64,000 nucleotides of DNA, from assembly GCA_963847445.1 (NCBI GenBank), contig CAWJZV010000025.1:119980-183979 (forward strand). Direction: 5' to 3'. Of the stretch, positions 34,702 through 44,172 are shown piece by piece. The notes beneath the pieces were generated by a model. The model had not been told where the DNA came from. It worked only from the letters and a program-made list of their open reading frames with translations, and made no database searches. Position numbers and translations under genes: made by a program. Position 1 is the stretch's first letter, and each line of letters begins with the position of its first letter. Source of the stretch: an uncultured delta proteobacterium. GTDB taxonomy: Bacteria > Desulfobacterota > Binatia > UBA9968.

Positions 34702-35353
34702 ATGCGATTTAAAAATCGACAACATGCCGCGGAGTTACTCGTCCAACGGCTAAGAACAGCTTATAAGAACAAAAATCCTCTAGTGCTCGGCGTGCCGCGG
34801 GGCGCCGTGCCGATGGCAAAGATCATCGCCGACGCTTTTGGCGGCGAATTGGATGTCGTGCTGGTGCATAAGCTGACCCACCCAGAGCAAGCCGGAGCTC
34901 GCCATCGGCGCCATCGATGAGCAGGGCAAGGCGTTCGTTTCCGAATGGGCCGCGGACTTAGATCCTGAGTATCTTGAGGCGGAAAAACAGCGCCAGCTGG
35001 CCGTGCTGCGCAAACGGCGCGCGACATATACGCCGCTGCGGCAACCGATCGATCCCGCATGACCGCATCGTTATCGTCGTCGATGACGGCATCGCCACCG
35101 GTTCGACGATGACCGCGGCGCTGCGCGCGTTGCGCGCGCGCAAACCCAAGAAGCTCATTGGCGCGGTGGCGGTGGCGTCGCCGGAAGCGGCGCGGGCGAT
35201 GCTGCACGAGTGCGACGCCATGGTCTGTTTGAGCGTGCCGGCTGAATTTTACGCCGTCGGCCAGTTCTTCGACGACTTCGAGCCAGGTCAGCGATGACGA
35301 AGTCGTCGCGATCTTGAAGCAAGATGTCGGAAACGTCTCGGCTGTGGGATAAG
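34702..35353 (+). CDS. Phosphoribosyltransferase-family protein, frameshifted
   Basis: VLGVPRGAVP, VIVVDDGIATGSTM PRPP motif, FYAVGQFF. Confidence 0.85.
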
Positions 35354-35881
35354 CGGGCCCGGCTCTTTTCGCGGCATTGGCCAGGGTTCAGCTCTTTTTC
35401 GCGGTTTTCACCTCGAAGACGGGACATGCGCCGAACCACTCGCGCTGCTATTACAATTGGGACACCGGATCGGTCTAATGTTTTTCCGGATACTTGCCGA
35501 AGGAAAACATCAGCGATGATCTCTTTCCCCACTTTCGTAAACAGACTGTGTCGCAACTGTCATTCCGAGGTGAAGCCGAGGAATCTCTTCTTCGTATGTG
35601 GCTGAAAATACGAGATCCCTCGCCGCGCTCGGGATGACAGATGTGGGGCATTTGCGCATTACGACACAGCCTCGAAGTGGGGAAGGGGGGATTTTCATGC
35701 GTGCCCGGCAAATCCCCCTCGATCCCCGCTTTCTCAAAGGGGGAAGGCCGGAACAACTTGGCGATTTTCAGCGCCTGCTTCAAAGGAAGTTTTTCTGCGG
35801 CGCAAACTCCTAGCTCTTTTTTGAGGTTTTCACCTCGATATAAAGGGCTCGCTGCTGGATATTTTCGCACCCGCCGATCGC

Positions 35882-36967
35882 TTGATGACGATCCCTTGGT
35901 CCTTCGCCGAAAAATGCCGATTGCTTACCCAACTCTGGTCGATCCCGGCACCGACCTACGCCCGGACCGGCCTTTTCGCCGGGTTCGGTAACGCTGGTGC
36001 GCAAGGTTCCCTGGGGCGGACTCGCGCCGCGGTGAATTACCACTACGATCATCCAGTGGAATTCTGGCGCTTATGGCTCGACGAATCGCTGTCCTATAGC
36101 TGTGCCTATTTCCAATCGCCGGATGATTCGCTGGCGGTGGCGCAAAAAGCCAAGCTCGACTACATCTGCCGCAAGCTGCGGCTGCGGCCGGGGATGCGCT
36201 TGCTCGACATGGGTTGCGGTTGGGGTGCTCTGATCGTTCATGCTGCCACTCATTACGGTGTCGAGGCGGTGGGCTTGACGGTGAGCCCCGAGCAAGCCGA
36301 AGTGGCGCGCCAACGGATTCACCAAGCGGGGGTGGAGCGCCAATGTCGTATCGAGGTAGAAAACTTTTTCGCCTGGCGTGAAGCCGAGGGTTTCGATCGG
36401 GTGAGCAGTATTGGCGCCGCCGAACATGTGCCGGAAATCCGCTTCGAAGAATATTTTAAGTTAGCCGTCGCCTCGCTGCGGCCCGGCGGTCAATTTCTCC
36501 ATCACGCGATCACGCGCACACCGAGCGCTCTAGATCGCCCCGGCCGATCCTATAGCCATCGCTATGTTTTTCCGGATTACTTTCTGGCGACTATCGGCCA
36601 AACCACGCGTGCGGCGGAAGCGGCGGGTTTTGAAATCCGCGACGTCGAGAGTTTGCGGGAACATTATGCACTGACTCTAAGACATTGGCTGCAACGTTTC
36701 GAAGCCGCGCAGGACGCTTTACAAAAACAAACTGACGAACTGAGTTGCCGAGTGTTTCGGCTTTATCTCGCCGGGTCGGCTTACGAGTTCCAATCCGGGC
36801 GGATGAATTTGCATCAATCATTGCTGGTCAAGCCTGACCGAGGCCGGAGTGGCGTGCCGCTGACGCGGCAGGATTGGTATCGGACCGACGACTCGCTGGC
36901 AGGGGCGCTTTCTCATTCTCATTATGGCAAGGACGCTGTGAACGGCACCGCCAAATTGGCGGACTGA
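35882..36967 (+). CDS. cfa: Cyclopropane fatty-acyl-phospholipid synthase family methyltransferase
   Basis: HYD, YSCAYF, AQKAKLDYICRKL, LLDMGCGWG, ESLREHYALTL. Confidence 0.88.
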   Translation: MMTIPWSFAEKCRLLTQLWSIPAPTYARTGLFAGFGNAGAQGSLGRTRAAVNYHYDHPVEFWRLWLDESLSYSCAYFQSPDDSLAVAQKAKLDYICRKLRLRPGMRLLDMGCGWGALIVHAATHYGVEAVGLTVSPEQAEVARQRIHQAGVERQCRIEVENFFAWREAEGFDRVSSIGAAEHVPEIRFEEYFKLAVASLRPGGQFLHHAITRTPSALDRPGRSYSHRYVFPDYFLATIGQTTRAAEAAGFEIRDVESLREHYALTLRHWLQRFEAAQDALQKQTDELSCRVFRLYLAGSAYEFQSGRMNLHQSLLVKPDRGRSGVPLTRQDWYRTDDSLAGALSHSHYGKDAVNGTAKLAD

Positions 36968-37019
36968 CGGACCGATGAGCCACGAAAAATGGATCGGACC
37001 GTCAGACCAGGCACCAAGC

Positions 37020-37463
37020 CTACTTGGCCTGCAGGCGGTAGATGTACTCTGTCAGCGCAAGGATGCGGCTGCGGACATAAGCTTCGGCTTCGTAAGGGAA
37101 TTCCATATTGGACTCCCGAGCCTTCCCTAGGTAATCGAGGCCCCAAATCGGCATTTCGCTCGGACCGTGAGCTCTGAAGCTTCGCCTGCCATCAATGATT
37201 TCCTGCACCCACAGCACCGGAAACATGCCGTGGTTCCGTTGAGCAAGAGTCGTCAAGTCAGAGACCTTGGTGTTGAGCATTCCAGCGTAGGGCCCATCGC
37301 CCTTGCCTGCGCTGCCGTGGCAGATGGCGCATTTTGAATCGTATTCACGTTTGCCGAAATCGAATTTTGCCGGTGCTGATTTGTCCGCGCCGTTAGCGAC
37401 CATGGCTGGACCAGCGATCATGGTCATCGCCAGTATTACGGCTGCAAGTTTGATTACTCTCAT
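37020..37463 (-). CDS. Monoheme cytochrome c
   Basis: Signal peptide, CAICHG, HGPSEMPIWG. Confidence 0.88.
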   Translation of the reverse strand: MRVIKLAAVILAMTMIAGPAMVANGADKSAPAKFDFGKREYDSKCAICHGSAGKGDGPYAGMLNTKVSDLTTLAQRNHGMFPVLWVQEIIDGRRSFRAHGPSEMPIWGLDYLGKARESNMEFPYEAEAYVRSRILALTEYIYRLQAK

Positions 37464-37515
37464 ATCAAGCCTCCCTATCAACGACTCGTAAACTAAGGAT
37501 AAGATCTCTGACCGG

Positions 37516-40500
37516 CTAGAGTCGCACTTCTTGTGCCGGCCATGCCTCAACGCGCGACAATGGCCGCAAATGGTGATCGAGCACCTGTTGCGTATGAACT
37601 TCGACTTGCCGTAAGAACGACGGCGACACCGCGTAACCGTCGCTTTCATAGGTGAGGATCGGCATGCCGCGTTGGATGCTGAGCGGTTTCAAGATCGCTT
37701 CGGCGATGCGGAAGGGGAGACAGTTAAACGGGCCGATTATAATGATGCCATCATAGCCCGCAACCTCGGCGCGTACGCCGTCGCCCACTGTCGGAATCAA
37801 CTCGCCGTAGATTTTCGGTGAGATATGCTCAGCCGCGTCGGTGAATGTCGCCGACGCATCGCCGTTTGGTGTCAGCAAATAGCCGCTCTGGTGAAAGAGT
37901 CTGCGATAATACTCCTCCGATCTTTTCTCCGTCTGATAGGCAAGCCAACGACGCAGATACTCTTTGCCATCGGGCTGGAAAATTCTCGTGCAAGCTTTGG
38001 CCAGTGCTGCGCCGCCCGGTTTCAATCCCCAACCGCCCGCCGCTTCATGGACCATGTTGTAAGCACCGTAAAGCAGCAGGCCGTTCAGGTCGACCGGTTT
38101 GAGAATGATGCCGCAATCGTTATAGATCTCACGCACGCCTTCCATGAAAAGCGGATTGAAGCGTGTGAAGAAATCGCCGGTCACCAAGACCCGCGGACAA
38201 TCCAGTGGATCGCGTTTGCGCGGCAGCGCTGCCAGGCGTTCGACCAAGCCGGGGAGCGCGGCATGAAATTGTTCCAGTGAAGTTGCGCTGGCGATGAAGC
38301 GCTGCCATTCCTGTCTGAACCTCGCGCTGGCGTCGCCATCGCCGACCACATGAATCACCTGTTCGATTTCGACCATGATGTCAGCTACCACCAATGCCGG
38401 CAGGGTATACTTTGCCAGGGTCATCTGGTCGTAGCCGCAGTGATCATTGTCGGCGCCCGGGATAAGCAGGAAGAGATCGTCCAGGTGCTGTTCGGCGATA
38501 AAGCGCTCCAGATAGCCCATGTAGGCATCGATGACGCAAGGCGCGCCGCCTTCCAGCATGTAGAATCCGGCGATCTCGCCGGCCGCGCGCTGCTCGTGAA
38601 TATCCAACAACTGGCCGATGCAAATCGGCAACGGCAGGCACTCCCGTCCCGACGTGTATTGCAAACCTCTGCCCAGATGACGGCGCTCAAGGGGCGTCAC
38701 CGCTCCCGCGTGTAAGCCCAACCAGCCAACCGACATCGCCAGAGATTCCGAGTGGTGCTGCGAAAAATTGGGGAAATAGAGCTTGACCCGCGGGTCGGTG
38801 AGCGCAACTTGCTCGCCGTTGCTGCGGATAACTTGCCGGCCGGCGATAAGTCGAGCCGGGTTGAATCGATCGGCATGGCTGCTCTGACCGACCCGGAAGT
38901 TTCTCACGATGTCGAGGAAGGCTTCCAATCGGGTTTGCACACCAGCGTCGGCGGTGTGGGCGTCGATTTCGAGAATCAGATAGGGCTTGGTGCCCAACTC
39001 GGAAGCGAGCATCGATTGGGTGAAGGCGTCAATGGTGCAACTAAAATTGCTCACGCAGAGGAGAAACAGATTGGCATGCTGTTTGACGACGTTTACCGCA
39101 TTCATCACCTGGTTGGCGAAGTGCCACGAGGTCGGCCCGGCGCCTTCCGGCATAAGGCAGTCTGCGGGAATCGCCGCCACACCCATGCTCGAGAGTTTCT
39201 TGCCCACTGACTGCGAGCCTTCCGGAGTGAAAGCATTGTAGCTGTGGCCCGCCAGAACGATCGCCGGCTTGCTCGCAGCGATGGCTTCTGCCAAGGCGGC
39301 TTGTCCCAACTTTTGCACTTCGGACTCGGCTTCGGTTTGCGCCTGGACGGCCGCCGTCCACTGCCGCTCCGCGAACGCGCGCGTTTGTCCTAGCTCATTC
39401 ACGGCCATTTCCACCAAGGCGGAGCTGGCGGCATAACCGTCGCTGAAGTCCAGCAGTGGCGAGAGCAGATGAATCTGCGGGTAAGCCTTGGCCAGGAAGT
39501 AGGGGCTCGCCTGGGTGATCGGACATAAGTAAGATTCTTTCCAAGCTTCGCGCGCCGGCATGCGCATCACGTGGGGCAGGAAGATCAGCTCGACACCCCG
39601 TTGCACCAAGTCCAAGACCGCACCGTGGGCGATCTGCGCGGGAAAACAAAAGCCGGCATTCGACTTGAGTTCGCCGCGCGGGTCGATGTTCGACAGGACC
39701 ACGTCCATGCCCAAACCGGCGAAGAACGTCGAATAGAGGGGAAACAGCGAGTGCGCGGTCAGCGCCTTGGGGATACCGATGCGGCTGCCGTTGACTGGGT
39801 GATCACCATCGGGCCGGCCAAAAAGTAGTTTGCTTCGCTTCTCAACCAGATCGGGCGCCGCCACCATGCGGGTTTTTCGCTTCCAAACATTCTCATACAG
39901 ACTGCAACGCCCGCCGAAGGGAAAGCGCCGTCCGGCCACTTCGAAATGGTCGATGCTGCAATACATCGTACAGGCGCCGCAGGTGAATCGACTGGTGCGC
40001 TGCATGTCCGGCGCCGCCAGGGTCAAAAGCTCCGTCGCGGTTCCGAGCGCGCCGTGCGCTCGTTGCAGCGCGAGCAGGGCTATACCCAACGCGCCGAGCA
40101 ACTCCGGGCTAGGCGGAATCACGACTTGGCGGCCGACACTATGAGCGAAAGCATGGCCGATAGCGCGATTGAGAGCGACCCCGCCTTGGAGGAAAACTTT
40201 CTTGCCGACGTAGCGCGCTCCCTTGACACGGTTGAGATAATTGCCGGCGATAGCGTAAACCAGGCCGGCGACGATGTTCTCCCGCGATTGTCCCTCTTGC
40301 AGCGCAATTCGGATATCCGAATTAATGAACGCCGCGCAGGTCGCCTTGAACTGCACCGGCGCGGCAGCGGCGAGCGCGAGGTCGGCGATTTCAGAAACAT
40401 CCATGCCGAGGTCGCCGTGGGCGCTTTCTTCAAGAAACGACCCGGTGCCCGCCGAACAGGCGTTGTTCATCGCGTAGTCGATGGGAACGCCGTTGCGTAA

Positions 40501-41682
40501 ATAAATGTACTTCGAATCCTGGCCGCCGATCTCAAAGATCGTATCGACATCGGCATCATAGTGAGCGGCGCCCGCGGCATGCGCCGAAATTTCATTGTAA
40601 ACATGCTCGGTGCCGAGATAGGCGCCGGCGAGTTCGCGCGCCGAACCGGTGGTGCCGACCAGGCCGACACTGCGGTTGCCGACATGCTCGACCAACTCGC
40701 GCAAACATTCGCGGGTCGCGGCGACCGGATCGCCTTTGGTGCGGACGTAATAGGAGGCCACGACTCCATTTGTCGCCGGGTCGAGAAGTATCGCCTTGGT
40801 GGTCGTCGATCCGGCGTCGACGCCAAGCACCATCGGGCCATGGGGCGGCGGTTGTAGCGGCGGCGTAGGAATGATTTGTACCCGGTCATCGTAGAGGCTG
40901 AGCGCTGGCAGGTGGCTCAGCGTGGCCTGCGTGGCAAACCGTGGTGCACAGTCCTGCGGCCGGTCGCGTGTCAGCAGTGCGCTGCCCCAAGCTTCGAACC
41001 AAGGGCTTTCGGGCAGCACGACGAATTCTGTGGACGGCAGTTTTTCGCGCAGCGCGGCGAGCATCGCCGCATTGCGGGTGACGCCGCCGATCAAGAGCAC
41101 GCGGCGCAGTTCGCTCTGGCCTTTTTCGAGCAGGGCAATGACTTTACTCGCCATGCTGTCATGGAGGGTATGGAGAATGTCTTTGGCGCTGGCCTCGTTG
41201 CGGTTGAGCTTATGGGTGATGTCGGACTTACAGTGCACCGAGCAGCGTGCCGCCAGCGGCACGACTTTGCCATCGAACGAAGTCTCGATCGCTTCTTCCA
41301 TGCCGAGCCCCATGCGGCCAATCTGTTGGACGAAGAATTCGCCGCTGCCGGCGGCGCATTTGTTATGGGACAGGACGTTGCTGATTCGGCCGTTGGCAAT
41401 GATGTAAACCAGAAACGACTCGCCGCCGAGGGAAACCACCGCATCGAAAGCTGTTTTCAGCTCGCGCAGGGCGCGTTGAATCGCTGCGGCTTCGGAGATC
41501 TGGCCCAGATGGCCAGACACGCCGAAATAATCGGCGTTGGCAAATTCGTTCGCGGTGAGGAGTTTTTCCAGGACGGCTAACGGACGGCCTTGATGCGGCA
41601 CCACCGTCGAATGAATATCAGCACCGTTTAGCGCGGCGAGTTTGACGGTCAATGCGCCGACATTTATGCCGATATACTTCAT
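37516..41682 (-). CDS. CoA-substrate-specific (2-hydroxyacyl-CoA dehydratase) activase-related multidomain protein
   Basis: Two ASKHA/BcrAD-BadFG modules (NKCAAGSG, GVDAGSTTTK, EIGGQDSK, NNACSAGTG) plus DUF2229-type C-terminal domains; intact 1388 aa. Confidence 0.9.
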   Translation of the reverse strand: MKYIGINVGALTVKLAALNGADIHSTVVPHQGRPLAVLEKLLTANEFANADYFGVSGHLGQISEAAAIQRALRELKTAFDAVVSLGGESFLVYIIANGRISNVLSHNKCAAGSGEFFVQQIGRMGLGMEEAIETSFDGKVVPLAARCSVHCKSDITHKLNRNEASAKDILHTLHDSMASKVIALLEKGQSELRRVLLIGGVTRNAAMLAALREKLPSTEFVVLPESPWFEAWGSALLTRDRPQDCAPRFATQATLSHLPALSLYDDRVQIIPTPPLQPPPHGPMVLGVDAGSTTTKAILLDPATNGVVASYYVRTKGDPVAATRECLRELVEHVGNRSVGLVGTTGSARELAGAYLGTEHVYNEISAHAAGAAHYDADVDTIFEIGGQDSKYIYLRNGVPIDYAMNNACSAGTGSFLEESAHGDLGMDVSEIADLALAAAAPVQFKATCAAFINSDIRIALQEGQSRENIVAGLVYAIAGNYLNRVKGARYVGKKVFLQGGVALNRAIGHAFAHSVGRQVVIPPSPELLGALGIALLALQRAHGALGTATELLTLAAPDMQRTSRFTCGACTMYCSIDHFEVAGRRFPFGGRCSLYENVWKRKTRMVAAPDLVEKRSKLLFGRPDGDHPVNGSRIGIPKALTAHSLFPLYSTFFAGLGMDVVLSNIDPRGELKSNAGFCFPAQIAHGAVLDLVQRGVELIFLPHVMRMPAREAWKESYLCPITQASPYFLAKAYPQIHLLSPLLDFSDGYAASSALVEMAVNELGQTRAFAERQWTAAVQAQTEAESEVQKLGQAALAEAIAASKPAIVLAGHSYNAFTPEGSQSVGKKLSSMGVAAIPADCLMPEGAGPTSWHFANQVMNAVNVVKQHANLFLLCVSNFSCTIDAFTQSMLASELGTKPYLILEIDAHTADAGVQTRLEAFLDIVRNFRVGQSSHADRFNPARLIAGRQVIRSNGEQVALTDPRVKLYFPNFSQHHSESLAMSVGWLGLHAGAVTPLERRHLGRGLQYTSGRECLPLPICIGQLLDIHEQRAAGEIAGFYMLEGGAPCVIDAYMGYLERFIAEQHLDDLFLLIPGADNDHCGYDQMTLAKYTLPALVVADIMVEIEQVIHVVGDGDASARFRQEWQRFIASATSLEQFHAALPGLVERLAALPRKRDPLDCPRVLVTGDFFTRFNPLFMEGVREIYNDCGIILKPVDLNGLLLYGAYNMVHEAAGGWGLKPGGAALAKACTRIFQPDGKEYLRRWLAYQTEKRSEEYYRRLFHQSGYLLTPNGDASATFTDAAEHISPKIYGELIPTVGDGVRAEVAGYDGIIIIGPFNCLPFRIAEAILKPLSIQRGMPILTYESDGYAVSPSFLRQVEVHTQQVLDHHLRPLSRVEAWPAQEVRL

Positions 41683-41754
41683 GGTCGCATGTCCATCTCT
41701 CCCCGCCTTGTTGAACCGGGATTTTGCGGCAGGTCAAGCATACCGCGTAATAAC

Positions 41755-41769
41755 GCAAGATATGCGCCA
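41755..41769 (-). promoter_or_regulatory. Probable sigma-54 promoter
   Basis: Minus strand TGGCGCATATCTTGC; palindrome TTTCGCA-GAAG-AGCGAAA ~70 bp upstream at 41838-41855. Confidence 0.65.
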
Positions 41770-42180
41770 CGAACTTGTCGAGCAATTTGCGTTGACGATC
41801 TGATTATCTAGATCGAGCGCAGCCAGCGCCCAATGCTTTTCGCAGAAGAGCGAAAGTTGGGCTACGAGTTTGTCATTACTTAGAATCGAATCGGGGTAAA
41901 AGTGAAGATCGACCGCTTGCCGCTAGCTGTTCGGCATCGGCTTTGGCTATTTTCAAAGTTATGCGGCATGCCACCGGCTGTACATCATTGCGACTTTCGA
42001 TTTTGTCACCGCGACCTTGCTGATCACGTTTTCATAATGTGTTTTGTCCCAGGGATTATTACTGCGGCCGGGTGGATTATGTTCCATTGTGAGTAGGCGG
42101 TGACGGAAAATTTGCGGGGCGGGATCAACCACAGGGAGACGGTCGCTTTTGCGCTGAATCGAGTCCCAACGACAGCGGTG

Positions 42181-43123
42181 TTATCCGGCCGCTTGGTGCG
42201 CAGCCGGCGCCGGATTTTCGACCGTTTGGTGCGTGCTATCAGCCGGCACGCTGTGAAATGTCGCTTGCCGATAGTGCTCAAGACATTCGCTTTCCCGTCC
42301 GCGCACAATTCTCTCGCCAATGAGCGCACCGCGCTGGCTGGTGATCACGGTACACTGTCGTTCGCCGTCGGGGCCGTCGTAGTAGAGAATAACCCAGTCT
42401 CCGAGTCTTGCCCATTTCGTGGGCGCGCGCGGTATTAGAAAACATCGCCGTGTAGTGTCGCTCGCCTCGGTTTGAATGCAGGATCGGCAGCCACGCTTCA
42501 CGATTGGGATTGAAGCGGTGTGGCGCAATGGTCGGCAAGGCGCCGGCTGTGGCCTTGTCGCGGTACTCGCGGTCAACGTCTAGGAGTTCAGCGATGGCGG
42601 CTTCCTTGGCCTTGTGCACGGGTCGGATCGGGCGCACGCGGCCGAGCCTTGCGGAAAGGGAATCGATGATCCCGGCGACTCGTTTGTTGCCGATGCCAGT
42701 GATCGCTTTCAACCTTCCGTCATGTGCGGCCGACTCAAGCTGTTCCAAAGTATCGATGCCAAGCTCCCGGCGCAGTCGCGCGGCCAGACTCTTGCCGATC
42801 CCGGGGACAGAAGCGAGTAATGCCCCCGACTCACTCTTGCCGCGTAGCCGATCCAGCATGGGCAGTCTTCCGGTAATCAATAGGGTGGCGATGGATCGCG
42901 CCAGCCGCTCACCGATGCCGGGTAGCTTGCGCAGTCCCGGTTCACCCTCTTGGCGGAGGATTTCATCGGCCGGGCGGGTGAGGTGCCTGAGGGTCTCCGC
43001 CGCATGTCGATAGGCTTGCACGCGAAACGGGTTAGCTCCCTGCGACGCTAGTATTTGCGCGACTTCGTCAAGGCGGCGTGCAATGCGGAAATTCACAGTG
43101 TTCGCAGCCAATGGGTTTTTCAT
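42181..43123 (-). CDS. Helix-hairpin-helix DNA-binding protein with PolX N-terminal domain, frameshifted near 3' end
   Basis: GANPFRVQAYRHAA, LPGIG, VPGIG, LGIDTLEQL; no polymerase core. Confidence 0.8.
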
Positions 43124-43134
43124 CTGTGTGCGCC

Positions 43135-43928
43135 GGTGGGTCGGTGTCGTTTCATTCTTCATTGGCGTCGGTTTCGCCGGTGCGACAAAATCCTTGTCCT
43201 CTTCCATGCTCTCGACGATATCTTCGGACCCAGGCGGGTCTTGCCAGCGGGTGATGATCTCCGGACCAGCCTCCCTAGTGCGCTTTTCGGTTTGCCAAAG
43301 CAGCTCGGCGATCTCCAGGTGATCGACAATCTCTTGCAAACCCATGACATCGGTAAGGGTTTTCAGCAGGATCTGATGCTCCGCTTCGCTCGGTAACACG
43401 CCGGACAGGTAGACGACGCCTTTACGGCAAGCGACATGCAATTCTTCCACGTCAATCCGGCCGTCTTCTTTCAAGTGCTCCTTGATCGCTTCGGTCAACT
43501 CCTGGTCACTCAGCAAGCTCAGGTCGGCTGGTATGGCACCCATCGTCGGCGTCTCGGCTGCGCTACCTGCCGTGATGCGACGCCGCGACTCGTTCTTGGC
43601 GGCGCAGCGTCTGCAGCAACGGGCCGCTGGTAAACTGCGTAGACGGGCGATCGCTATCGACTTGTGACATACCTCGCACTTGCCGTAGGTGCCGTCGAAG
43701 ATCTTTTGCAGGGCAGCGTCGATTTCTTTAACCGCGTGCAGAGTCTGATCGTCGAGACGGGTCAAGAGTCGCGCGGTTTGTTCTTCCTGGGCATGCTCTT
43801 CGAGTTCGCTTTCGCGCTCCTCGGCAATGGCGTCCAAGCCTTGTTCCGCTCTGCGGAATTCGCGGAGAAAGTGATTGCGTTGCTGGTGCAGGAGCCTGGG
43901 CTAGCGAATCCAATTGTTCTTTGTTCAT
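43135..43928 (-). CDS. DksA/TraR C4 zinc-finger + BON domain protein, frameshifted
   Basis: IDAALQKIFDGTYGKCEVC..RLRSLPAARCCRRC then BON (GVVYLSG). Confidence 0.78.
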
Positions 43929-43955
43929 AAGATCACCTACTGCCAAGATTCAATG

Positions 43956-43970
43956 GCAAAGCGTATGCCA
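43956..43970 (-). promoter_or_regulatory. Probable sigma-54 promoter
   Basis: Minus strand TGGCATACGCTTTGC. Confidence 0.65.
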
Positions 43971-44172
43971 TCGCTGAAGTAGATCGGCCTATTCGGCCAA
44001 ATTAGCGTACGGATTCTTTGCCTGGTATGCTTTGTGCGTTATCACGCGCCAATAGGATGCATGTGCGCGTCCACCGCGTTCTTTCGCAGCGTGTAGGAAA
44101 GCTGGCTGCGCGATGTGCATACGTGAGAAGCAGCGAAATCGGATCATCATAAACTCGAGTTTAATAATCATC

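Noticed and set aside
42278-43837. Single 519-aa DksA-BON-PolX fusion as listed in the ORF track
   Set aside because: The junction near 43120-43160 looks like a slipped stop followed by a new ATG; more likely two genes
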